NCBI GenBank assembly: GCA_036172245.1
Contig: JAYWIR010000010.1
Span: forward strand, 1,860,001 to 1,924,000
Direction: 5' to 3'
Origin: Raillietiella orientalis
Taxonomy: Eukaryota
Length of the DNA stretch: 64,000 nt
Shown here one piece after another: positions 51,887-64,000 of this stretch (position 1 is its first letter; each line of letters starts with the position of its first letter). Both the position numbers and the translations under genes were made by a program. A model generated the notes under the pieces. The model did not search any database and was not told where the DNA came from. It was given only the letters and a program-made list of their open reading frames with translations.

Positions 51887-54800
51887 GAACTATATCTGAT
51901 CATTATGGCGCTGTAAGACATGCCTCCAGAAAAGCATTTCTCTGGGCAGTGGTCTCACTGCATTGTCTAAATGCGCATATGCACAAGATGTACAATGGTT
52001 GTGTACTTATCGACTAGGATTTCTTGTCCGGATATTCTTTGGCGCAAAGAGTTTCACACAACGAATTTTGCATTTTGACCTCTCAATTATCAGACGGTTC
52101 CAAAACTTGAAATGGCGCCAATGTCAAACGCCAGTCACCCTACTTGCAAGCAGTTGGTACAATTATGCAGTGGCCAAGCTTGTTTATTTTCTCCGTACAG
52201 AAATCCCCGTATTAATAAGCTTCGGTAATAAGAATTGCGAAAGGTCAGTTTTGAACCTTTTACTTGGCAAAATTCAATTAACGTCAATTAAGTTGGCATT
52301 TCACTTGAATGCTTTCTTAAAGTGCCAACAGCGTATATGCATAGACATCACCGTGGCGCAAAACGCTTGGACTTTGCTACACTTCTGCGATTTGGGGATG
52401 CGGCAGTCTGCACAGATCAAATGGCTGGACGTCCCTGCCGTAAGCGAATTTCCTGGACGACTCTGAATGCAATTAATACTTTGTTTCGCCTGTGCGCATG
52501 CATATATCAGTAGGTATTCAGTTATTGCAGTTTACAAGGATCACAACAACTAATTTTCTGTGGGATCTGGAAAGCATCTCATTGCCCTTCCTCTGAAAGT
52601 GATTTCCGCTGGAGCCCATCGCTCCGCAGCGGAAATTCACAGACGGAATCGTCCGACCGATTTGCCATTTTCTTTCTTTTGCCAGCAGCATGATTGCCAG
52701 ATGTGTAAAACAGATATTAGATGGAGCGATCATTTTTACGAAAGCTGGTAAGGGATAAATGGGTGATAAAGCCCGAGTCGTAGTCGTTCGAATAGTGGAA
52801 AAAAAAAAAAAACATAAATCGAAATTTCCATCCCTAGTGGAGCCTTAACAGGTGCATGGCTATAAAGAACAACTTTCCAGGAATGACAAGACGCAAGGAA
52901 GCAATGGAACAATTCGTCGAACCTAATCTGCTCGTGATTGCACGCTTTCCTAGAAGGAACTCACAAGTAGGTGTCCAGTAGGGTTACCAATTTTCGAACT
53001 TTCCTCGTTAAGAGTGTAGAGTTAGAATCAAAGGGTATCGCATGTTTTGTTTTGCTGTTGTTGTTGAAGAAGAAAAAAAAAAAGAAGAAGAAGAAGGCCG
53101 ATGTGTTGCTTGTAGTCTGTCTCGCTTGATCTATCAGGTGAAACAAAGCACGAATCAACAAGCATCACTCCTATCGGTGGAACCAAGGGCATGCACGCAT
53201 CCTGACTTCTACTTGCTCTCGTTCGCGCCCTGAACCTTCGACCCGACGCGGAAGTGGCCTGCAGTCGGAAGTGACAAAAATAGCGCCAACAGCAGCGAGC
53301 TGTGTGCCATTCGTTTTCGCATGCTCACCGCATTGTATTCCGTTTCCTGTGTTCCTCACGGCATCTTGTTGCTGTTTCTCTAACCTTCCCATTCTGGTCT
53401 GGTACTTTAATTAGGGAATTAGGAACTGCTGCCCGAACCTCTCATTAAGTGTGTGCGCTGTAGAAGTGGGGTGCAGTTCCAGATAGCGTTTGTTTTATAC
53501 ATACATTATGGTGTCCTCAATCGAAAAGCGTTTCGCTAAGAATGTAAGCTGTTGATTAATTTATATGGAGATTAAAGGGACGTAATGACTTCTAAATAAA
53601 GTAACATAATGAATTCGTTCCAACGATTGATGATGCGATTTCGTTATCTGTCACTTCGGATCCAATGCTAGTTCCCCTGTGTGCACCATCCACGACATTA
53701 ATCGGTGGATGCTTCGGGCAGATCCATTCTAGTCTCGTAAGACCCGTGGAATCCTTGCCCACAATCCTCAATTAGTGTCTGTGTCAGCGGGGGGGGGGGG
53801 GGAATCGCGTAGTCCTCCTCCGAATCCAGGGGATTATCGTGTCGCCTACTTAGCAGTATCGACCGAAGGAAGTCCAATTTGAAATACCTGACCTGAGAAA
53901 CGTACAGTTTCGGTTTTTTATTTTGTTTAAAGAAACCCGAATAAATGGTGTACCTCGTACACCGAATTTTCTCTGAATCAATGGAGAGAACATTCGCTTC
54001 CTTCACACTTTTCAGCGGACCTCGAATGGTTCCGCGCCTGCTTGTGCCACCGGTGAGGCCTATTTCTTGTCTCGCCGGTGCCTTGTCGTTCGCTGAACAC
54101 GCCACAGGGAGCTTTTCCTTCTGAATGCCATCGTCTTTCAACTTCCAGCGTGTGGAAACTCTTCTGTGCTGTCGATCACGAGTGTTTGAAGCAATGCAGA
54201 AGATCATCCTCAATTTTTGTTGTTGCTATTGCTCTTTGCTTCCCTCTGGGATTTTCGCGAAGTGACTCAATTATTGGAGGGATGCGAGATCGTTGCTTCC
54301 CACTCCCACGTCTCTCTTCAAGCACGGAAGATTCGAACGTTTCCATCTTTCTTTCTTTCATGCTACTCAGAATAGTCAACGTGCTACTAGCCAGAGAGAA
54401 TTTTGGTTTGGTAATGGGATCGTGAGCAGAACGTGCTCTTCACTTGCGTTCCAGATTCCCCCAAAACCCGAGAATCCATTTGCACACCGCGTGGTTCCCA
54501 TCTCTTGACCCCCTCTGCGGCAAGTGCCCGGCCATCGCATCCTCCTTCGCGACTTCACGGAAAGCGCGTCGTCAAAAAGACTTCCCTAGGAAGCTGCCTT
54601 GAGTAACGGGTGGGAATGACCAGCAGCAGGAGCAGCAGCGTGAACCGAGGAAGTCGTTTGTTTCCAATAAATGCGCCCTACCTTTCCCGACAGATGGAAG
54701 CTCATGGACCCTCTTCCCGATCCTCCACAACCGGAACGTGGTCGAACCTTCATCAAGCAAGAGCACCTTGATAACTACGTGCAGGGCATCGCAGCAGCAG

Positions 54801-55564
54801 CAGCAGTTTCGTTTTCCATCAGAAGGAGCACACCTAACAATACAAACGTGTTCCGTTCCGTTCACATATTCACACACGAATCTTCGGCTTTCGGAAAATC
54901 ACGCGCCAAGCAGCTCTTCCCCCCCCCCCTCCCCCCGATACTTATCGTGCCGTGACGTCATGTATCTTTTATCGCTGCTTGCCACCGGAAATTTCTCATT
55001 GCCTTCAGACGCATTGCATTCCTGCTGTCTCGGGTATAGGTCTTTCGCCTAGGAACCTGCCTCGCGTCCTTAGATGGTTTGTCAAGATCTGGAGGAAGCA
55101 GATCAGGTGCTTCCGGAGGGTCACCTTGTGGAAGCTACAGCTCCACGTAGGTCCAGTGAGGGCGATGCTCTTCTGAACGGCTGGCATTCCTCAGTGGACA
55201 TCCCCCTCGGAGAGTGAGGCACGTTTTCTTGATGTGTTCTCGGGAATCCGTGGTCCCTGCTGTGACTTTCGGGGCTTCCAAGGACACGAGCATCCACCTC
55301 TTCCGAAGAGACAATGACCAGGTGTGGGTTGATTTCCAGGAGGTCCCAGCGCATGCACCCTGGTTGCAAGGAGATGGGAATTCTGAAAAGATGAGATGAA
55401 ACCAGGTGAGTGGCTCAAAGCGAATACACGTGAACATTTCTCGACCACGCACACAGACGCACACACATGTATGTATATATGTCTATATACATACCATGGA
55501 AAACATCAAAAAAGATGTGTATCACTGTATTAATGATACGTTTGACATACTGCATCTAACCTCA

Positions 55565-56995
55565 CCTGCGTTGGAGACCATGTGGCTTCGGTCTCCTCAC
55601 GTGGTACCAAACGTCTCAGGCTCCCGAGGAATCCCACTCGAGGAAGGAAGGATCGGTTCTTCGAAATTGGAGTGCGTCGTGGGTTTCGAGTTTCCCCGCA
55701 AGATGACGCTTGATGGCCTATTCGGGTGTAGTGACACCGGTTGATATCCGGTCACGCCAGGAAGTTTATTTATAAAATAAACATCCATGTCTGTGGCGGG
55801 ACGTTTCATCCTGCCACAGACAGGAGGAACTTATAAACACGGGGAGGACTCTGCCGGGAACTGGCACGCAGGCCAGCGGGTTCGCCTCGGCAGCACAGGA
55901 GAAGAGGAGACAAACAAAAAGAAAAACAAAAAACATACAGTCAAGAAAGGGGGATGTGATGTGAAGGGATGTAAGGTAAAAGGGGATGGGAAGAGATCCT
56001 TGTGTTCTGGAGGGTGTCCTCCGCATCCTTGTAAGGATGCCGGCAAGTTCTTGTTTGATGACTCCCAGATAGGGCCATCTTGACCATGTCCTCATGAAGA
56101 CGACAGCAAAATAGATGGCGTCCCTGTCGTTCTGGCCTTCTCTGGCGTTGCTCCATGCAGCCACGATCCCGCGTAGGCAGCAAAGTGCTGCTAGGGACGC
56201 GGCCTGACGTCATGAGGGCATCGCGCAGGAAGAAGCACTTCAGAACGCCTCTGGAGTTGCCGCCGGGGGTTCCAAGGGTCGCGGCAAAGCGTCCCCAAAG
56301 GAGCTGGAGGGCAGTACAGTCCAACTAGGAGGTGCAGGAGGGATTCTCTCTCCCCGCACCTTGCACAGTTTGGGTCCACCCTCCCTCATGTCCTATGATG
56401 CCGGCGAGCATTGCATGGGAGGCCCCAGTGCAGCAGCATCAACGCCGACTCCTACCACTTTAAGGGGAGGGTGCGGCACTGGCGGAAGTAGGAAACCGAA
56501 TGCCCCTATTGGCTGCCCGGGATTGCGAGTTGATCCTCCGGGATCCTCCCAGCCGGTTCCTTTCGGGGTTCCCCATCTGGTTGTGAAAATGGAGCGGCAG
56601 TACCCGGAGTTGCTTGTGTAGGTGCTCTCCTTTTGGGGAGAGCCCTTCAGAGAAAGTGGGAAGCATCCCTTCGGGGTTCTCTTCAGAGGAGGAAAAATAA
56701 GGAGTGGATCCTTTCCTGGTTCCCTTTGGAGAAGAAATGCTGAAGTGGCCACCTCCGGGAGGCCCCTCCGGAGAGAATAAGCAAGAGATTCCCTTCGAGG
56801 CTCCCTTCAGGCGCAACCAGAGTGGAGGGTTCCCTTCGGAATTCCCTACCAAACGTAAGAGGAACGGACTCCTCGCTCCGGAGCTTTCCTGGATTCATCG
56901 GGTGGTCTGGGGTTGCCTCCTAAACTGAAGAGTCAACACGCACCCCGAGTGGCGTCAAAGAGCTTCGCGAGCCCCCAGGCGGAATGTTTCTTCAG
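55565..56995 (+). mobile_element. tRNA-derived SINE-like element, copy 3, split into head (55565-55755) and body (56468-56995)
   Basis: Head ctgcgttggagaccatgtggcttcggtctcc...gtcgtgggtttcgagtttccccgcaagatgacgc aligns to the copy 2 head. The body resumes at gggtgcggcactggcgg...gagttgatcctccgggatcc, a motif shared with copy 2. Confidence 0.7.
55760..56470 (-). mobile_element. 3' fragment of an L1/Tx1-like non-LTR retrotransposon (zf-RVT domain), degenerate
   Basis: Minus translation LPLKW*ESALMLLHWGLPCNARRHHRT*GRVDPNCARCGERESLLHLL/(frameshift)LDCTALQLLW matches the CxxC...E..HLL..C zinc knuckle at the end of L1/Tx1 ORF2. A pyrimidine-rich 3'UTR and AATAAA (55770-55765) follow. Confidence 0.75.
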
Positions 56996-59900
56996 TACTC
57001 GGCAGAGACACACGTTGCGCTCGAAGGAGGAAAACGTTTCCGCGGAAATCATGAGCCCTCGTTCCGCGCCTGGAAAAAATCCGGCTGCACCTTGGCCAAC
57101 CAAGCAAAGCCATGCAAGAATGGCACGAATATGCACTCTGTTCTCTGAGCAGGTCCTCCGTTGCAGACGTCTTGCACCGACCGGCGAAGCGGTGTTGTGA
57201 GAATGAGGTTGTTGTTGAACGCGCCTTCCGAGAAAGGGGACGGATCAGAGACTCCTGTTCGGGGAAGCGAGGCTCGTTATGGAGAGAAGACAACAAGTCC
57301 GCCAGGTTGTTTACTTTGCAGGGTATCCCCCGATGACGTCACACTACGTTGAGAGGAGCAGTGGGAAGGGAGGGTCCCCATTACGTGACCTCTGCTGCGG
57401 ACCTGCCCACGGTAAATAGCAAAATGCTCATGTGGGACATGCTTAGAAAGATCTTGGGACGCTGAGGGGAAAGAGCTCGTGCACACTTTTTTTCTTTTCG
57501 CTCAAACAGCAGCCGACTCCAAGGTTTCCCACATCCAGGAGGTTGTCTCATCAATACAAAAGGAAGGTCTTCAGTAGTTAAACAGCACAAGGGAGGAAGG
57601 AATCTTTCTTGCACGCTTTATGAATAAAAACATGATATAGAATGCCATTTTGGTGCATGTGTTGCGTTCTTTGCTCTCATCGCAGCTCTTATTCTATCGG
57701 GAAGAACTGCATCATTCAAAAAGTTCCAACTTACAGTACTCGTGGCAACACTCATGAGCGGTCGCTCAGTATGTTGAATCCGCATTTTTCTTTTCTCGAT
57801 CAGAGATCTTTCTCCAAAGCCGAAAATGTTGTCTGTGTAGCTGTTCCGGGCCAACTTGTCTATGCTCGCGCCACTTGTCTATGTGATTGCCATCTGCCTT
57901 TCGACCTTTTGCCACCTGGGAAAAAAAAAAGACTGTATTGTTGGTAAAACTCCTTTGAGATCAGAGCCGCCACTACATAACCTCGTCACCACCTTTCCCC
58001 CATGAATTTCTTCTTGGCTGGAGTAAAGAGATAAAGAGTCTGACGGATCTGAGTCGAGATTCTGTGGTGGATAGAGTTCGCGGCTGCTGTTCACGGAGTG
58101 GTGTGCGGTCTTTCGTTAGCGAACACGAGAAAGGTATCTTGCTAAGCGTCCGTGAAGTGGCACACCGTAACACAGAACAGAATAACGCGGAACTCTCATA
58201 CACATCCAAGACACACGTTCACGACGACGACACGGTGGATAGAAGCAAAGGTGGACTCTGGGGAGAACGGTGACACCTCCAGAAGAAGGCATCAGCTTCG
58301 GCCCGGACGATGTGCTACTTCACGGCCGCTTAGCTTCAGCCATGATGCACCCGGCAACGTGTGACTCTGTCAAGGCGACGCCGAAACCATCTGGAGGAAG
58401 CAGTTCAAGATACCTTTCTCTTGCTCTGTGTTGCCTCCCCGTTTTTTCCCTAGTTATGAATTCGATGGCAGGTCTCCGTGACGCACTTCACTTGAACGCC
58501 ATTTTGAACACCGCCTTCATCCGAGATGGCCGGGAGAGAAATTTCCTGAAACGGAAAATCACAATGTTTACAAATCATGCGCGGAAACTCTCACCTGTGT
58601 TCAGCCCACGAAGGAAATCTGAAGGAAAATGGAATGAATTTCCGAATTGGTCATTTATCAACAATCTCATGAAAGCAACTTTTTCCCTCTCTTTTCCTGA
58701 CTAAAATCAGAAAATCTGGTGAAATCTTTGGAAAATTACATCGATCCTTTGCCAGAGTGTTGATTTCGCAGTGATAACCGTGCAATAAACGAAATTCCTA
58801 TTCCAGTGCAATTTTTGGTGCAAACGGGCATGCAAAGTGTTCCTTAAGAGTCTGGCATTCTTGTTTTCCAGGGTGTTTTCACTGCTTGCAAGACCTAAAG
58901 TGGATTTTCTATCAAGTTTTCCAATTATATGAAATTCTAACTAATTTCTGGTACTTTTATGTCTCCATTGCAAAGTAGCATCGTACGAAAGAACATCAAA
59001 AATCGAATTACCCTGGACAGCGTAATGCCACAAGCAAACTTCGGTGGTCTTTTCTGCCGTAAGCATCATGCCGTAGAACTATTTCTTCTGCCATATTCCC
59101 TTGCTTTCGGTTAAACAGCACTAAACTACACCTTCCTGAAACGAAACCATGCCAGATGATGAACGAAACAGAACATCAAGAGGATCAAGGTTTTTTTCTG
59201 TGCTTGCAAGCAGTCTCTTGTTTCAACGATCCTTCGTACAACCATTTAAAAAAGACATTTGCCATTGCATGGTGAACTTCTCTGATTACAAAAAGGAGCA
59301 CAGGAAGTATGAATTCATACGAAACAGGAAAACTCGGAACCATCAGCGAATTCATTATGAAATATCAAAAGCAAAGCAGTAAGCCATATAAAAAGGAAGG
59401 AGAAATGTTATAAAAGGTTGGAACGCATGAGATTTGAAAGTTAGGACCTTAGAAATGTCAAAGACAATGGTTGGGAATTCTTTGTTCAGTTGCCTAGGAC
59501 TTTTAGCAACCTTCAAAGGGAAGCCAGTAGAATATCCCTGTCATTACTGCTGCTGCTTAAGCGACAGCAGCAATGTCTTCATCTGAAGCTTCCTCATAAA
59601 GAGGGCGAAGCTTCGGAATGGTGCGCAGGTTACAGCACAAGACATCCTCATAGGAGTCCCCTAAAAAGAGAGATTGGCATATGAGGTTGCGGCAGAGTTC
59701 CAGCCTGGACTACTCGCTACACTATCCAAGAAATTCAATGATCCTAAACAGTAAGTGCCACACTTTCAAGTTTGTTCCTCGCCTACCACTTCCCTGTGAA
59801 TCGGCGCCAAGCAGGAACAGCGTGTTTTCCTATTATGAATTCTATAGCAGCATTCAGTTTTCTCCATGACCTGTGACCCGGGGAATTCACGAGAACTCAT

Positions 59901-62900
59901 TCATTCTTCTGTTGTGTATTGCTTGTTGTATTTTCGAAATGTGTTCACCCCAAGGCTGGTCGGACTGAGGAAAAGTTGCCTGTTGTATTGAGGATGTGAA
60001 GAGGCTGTTGTATCGTACCCGTGGATTACTTAATCCTGAAACATGGTACTCGTTGTTGGTACTTCATTGCATTTCACTACGGTGTAGGTAAAGGCAGAGT
60101 ACTGCTCTAGAGGTATTGATCATGTTCATACAAAATACAGAGCGAGATTGTTATAAAATAATGCAGGAAGTTTTCCTGTAAATTTGAGGATTGGAAACTG
60201 AATTCACTGCCTTCGATCTTGAGATTTTCACGGAGAGGATGAACTCACCGTGATGCCTCTTTCTTACAGCAATTTCTCACCTGAGTTCCATTTTGGTTTC
60301 GGCTACTTTCGTGGCTGAAAGTCAAATAGGTCATTGCATAGTCGGGAAATGAAGCAACAAAGATTTGCTTTAGTCGTGTAGATTTGTTACACTGAGATAT
60401 TTAATGGAAATTCAATGTACATCATTACCATAGCATGTGCAAAACAAGTACTTGCCTAACAAGTCCCACGTAAAATCTTTCTTAAGGAAATGAAAAACTG
60501 AATGTTGAAACCTATACTTGAGTTATTTCGATATTTTGATGCCTGAGGTACAATTTCGAGTCACTGGGATATTATCAATGACTATTTTTTCTCATTTACG
60601 AAGTACTGGCAACACGGGAATTACTTAATTCGATACAGTAGGCAAAGCTCTTGAAATTAACTAACAAATGAAACTTGAACCCTTCTTGCGATATCAGCTT
60701 GCATCCGCTAATTAATTTCATTTTCTTGCTGATCTTATACTTGTATTATATTCGTCCAGAACAAGAGATGGAAAGACGCGTATCGCAATAGAGTGTAACT
60801 TTCCCGAACATTTGAACTAATTCATCGCTTTGGGCACCTACAGAAAACACAAAGAATTTCCTTTCTTTTCGGTACTTTTTTATTTTGAAACATATTTTCT
60901 CTTTCCGTTTAACAGTTTTCGTAAAAAAGAAAAAAAAATCCTTTGTGATTATCCATTTACCTTGAAAATTTGCTACACTTATCTCTATATTTGAGAACCA
61001 TGTAAGCAAACATGAATTGCAAGCATGTTATGTAACGAAATGCATGGTTACTGATATGATAAGGACGAAATTCACCGCACTAACAAATAATAGGGGTTTG
61101 AGCAAACCACTGCACTTGCTTTTTTTTTTCTTCTTTTCTTTCTCTTTTTCCTTTCTAAACAATCATCTGATTGATACAAACACTTGTTGAATTACAGATT
61201 TATTCCAACGTTTACCTAATTTTCGCGTGTCGAGGAGAGCTCTTTACACAGCATCGACATTCCACGAGTGCATTCCAAAAATGCTGATTCCAATGAGCTG
61301 CCGGGACAACTCGGTGAATTTTTGATAGAGGAAAGCATGAAGTGTTCAGACATTTTCACTATTGAGGTGTTTATTGTGATAGCTTATGCAATTATCTGGA
61401 AAATGAAGCATTTTCAGGCACCTGTGATTTGGAGGTGGCAGTAATGCACATGTTCAAAGAATATTCGAAAATTCAAACATGAACTGTGTGCAAAGTATTT
61501 GGTGGCACGTGGATCCCTCGTGTTTGGGGGGATGTGAACAGGATTGGTGCAAACAACGGAATGACATTGACAGAATCAAATGCATAAAAGACAAACTTAT
61601 GAGTAGTTTCCGAAAACACTTTCTTTGAAAAGAGTTTGAACTCCAGAAATGTGATCAGAATGGAACTCTGTGAATACTATTAACAAGAAAAACCAATACA
61701 GATGATATATATGTTCCTCCTCGGAAATATAAAATATGAAAGAGATAGAACCCCGAAATCTGAAGGGGGGGTGGAAGTCAGCCCCCCTTCAGATGCTGAA
61801 CTCTTGTCATTAAACAAGAAAACATTGCTAGTTCCACTCGAACAGAGGAAATAGCTGGTCATCCTTGGAACAAAAGAACATTCCATTAGGAGGATTTTGT
61901 TCTGCAGCACCTGGACCAGATGTGCTCACACACGAATATTGTGAATGGCAGATGCCAACGTCCGCTCTACATCCATAGAGTGAGAAGCACATTTCTCGCT
62001 AAACCTGCAGTTTGCAAATGCAGTGATAGATTGATGTTTGTAGTTTATACACAGTTAAGTATGAAAAACCTTAGTTTTACATTCATCGGCTATTTCTCGT
62101 AGCAAAAGACAGTACACCAGTGCCATGCAAGTCTGTTATGTCGTCCGCGGATGTAACGAGTTCAATGGTAGCAACCATCAGAACTGAGAACAAAAGCAGC
62201 AAAACAGTTCATTCGACTGAATTTATATTCGTGTACCATACTGAGAATCATGGTGGCTGTTAGCTGGTGGAAGTCCGCTCTACGCGTTGTAAAAACAGTT
62301 TTAACATGCGTCGATTTATATTCCAATTTTGATTAATTGCATCGTAATTTAGGCTCATAATTTAGGCTCTTCCATTACTAATGGAATCTTAATTGTCATC
62401 CATGATTTCAAATACAGAAGCTCATTTTCTATGAACTTCATCCAAATACCTTATAATTTTGCAAATGAAGCCTAATGAAATCGCTTTGAAAACGCATAAA
62501 TTTGCTTGGTGAAATGCTATTTGTAGGCGAAACCACAGATTTGTAAATCTGATTTTCGAAAACTTCCTTGATCATAAAAGTTTTCACTTATAACTGAATT
62601 ACTGAAAACATTACATGATTCTTTATAGCATATGGCAATACAAGTTTGGGACTCTCTAGTTAGTGATAATGTCTACCAGCAGAGCTATTAACCAGTAGGA
62701 GTTTCTTGTAACTGAAGGCATGTATCTATTTTATTATTTATGGTTCTTAATAGATCATCAAAAATTACTTGATGTTTTCTAATAAAAGCATATCTTATTC
62801 AAATACGAAAGATGTTGGAAAATTAGCAAACCAGTTTTAAGATTGAGTTCATGTATGAAACCAAGAAATGAAGTTTCCATAAATATCGACAGCAGTGGGA

Positions 62901-64000
62901 AATTAATACCACTCTGGAAGTATCTGAGGATTCTAATTTTTTGGTTCAAAGTATGTTGGGTTACCTCCATTCGTATGCCGATGATAGTCTACGTAGTGCT
63001 ACTCATGTTTTTTTTTTTTTCAAATAGTTAAAAATGATTCGTAACCATAATTGATTTTCGAAAACATGTTGCTAATCCCCAGGGTGATGACAACTGAGTA
63101 CAAATCAGTGTACGTCTATTGGACTGTTCTTACGCTAAGACTTAAAACAAAAATCCGTAAATTTTGCCTTCCTAAGGTATGAAGTCCGAGAGCACCACTG
63201 CGACTCTGAGACGAAATTCCAACTCAGAATGTGACGACTGTAAAGACTCCCCCTGAGTCACTCATGTGACTTTGCTTTGGCAACCGTTGGGACACTATTC
63301 CGTTGGGAAGCTTTACATCATTCGATGTTATGGTAAAGTACTGTAATAGACTCACAGATCCACGTCCTCTGGTCAAAGGAAGCCCGTTGGGAGCCTGTTA
63401 CTGAGAATGATAAGGATATGAAAAATCAAATGTAACGGTAGGCTGGCAGGACGAACGGATTCAGTCGCACTGGAATTGTCAAGAGATGAGGGCTGCAGTG
63501 AGTAGAACACTAAAGTTCCCGACAGAAATCCCCTTTCAAGTTACCGATTTTATCCTGCATACTCAGCAAAACATAAAATTGTACACTGTGCTTGAATTCT
63601 TTATTGTACATTGGAGGTGCATGGTGATTTCGAATCTTCGCGAGCGAAAGAAATCGTAAACGCACATGAAATATGTGTTAGAAGGTAAGCGGAGATTCAG
63701 ATGGAAAATATTTCGTAAGACCTTTCAAATGAGTTTCACATAAATTCTAGCTAGTCTTTCATAAACATAGTCATTGAATCACATCAAGGCACAGTATATA
63801 TTTGTATAGTGTTTTTCGATAAATCATTCCACTGGTCTGGTAATACCCAGAATTTCTATCCTTCAGTGTGAAGAAAATGACAGATCAATTGGAAAGATAC
63901 TGGATGTACACTTTGATAAGTATGAAGCCATGAAATGAAGTTCTTTTAAGAATATGGATAAAGCCTTGAGGTTAATCTGCACGCAGTGATTTAGAGAACT

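Noticed and set aside
61758..61794. 13-bp GC-rich hairpin (possible Helitron end or terminator)
   Set aside because: No nearby CTRR terminus or second copy; bacterial-type terminators are irrelevant here.
1..64000. CRISPR arrays, operons, prokaryotic defence systems, rRNA
   Set aside because: The sequence is intron-containing eukaryotic DNA; no repeat-spacer arrays or rRNA motifs were seen.

Overview
Eukaryotic (metazoan) genomic DNA with very short spliceosomal introns (mostly 43-60 nt). It is most likely a nematode: there is a TTTTCAG acceptor just upstream of a start codon and a HUM-7-type myosin IX with two C1 domains. A basal (clade I) lineage is possible given the mosaic CpG depletion, but taxonomy is inferred, not shown. 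Genes reconstructed by hand: a P5B-type (ATP13A-like) ATPase on the minus strand whose catalytic motifs are all degenerate (1629-7819); a 4-exon 164-aa coiled-coil gene with a CENP-H-like C-terminus (13481-14114, +); ARPC3 (14916-15708, -); a DM-domain gene that also carries C2H2 zinc fingers and polyQ (24060-26570, -); a tiny two-finger C2H2 gene (34086-34393, +) tail-to-tail with myosin IX (34417-44971, -). Repeats: three diverged copies of a long tRNA-headed, hairpin-rich SINE-like element (one split by an antisense L1/Tx1-like LINE 3' fragment), a degenerate mariner with an inverted duplicate of its 3' end, and a ~225-bp dispersed repeat pair. Most interesting: the apparently intact pseudo-ATPase, the CENP-H-like candidate, the DM+C2H2 fusion and the SINE/LINE arrangement.
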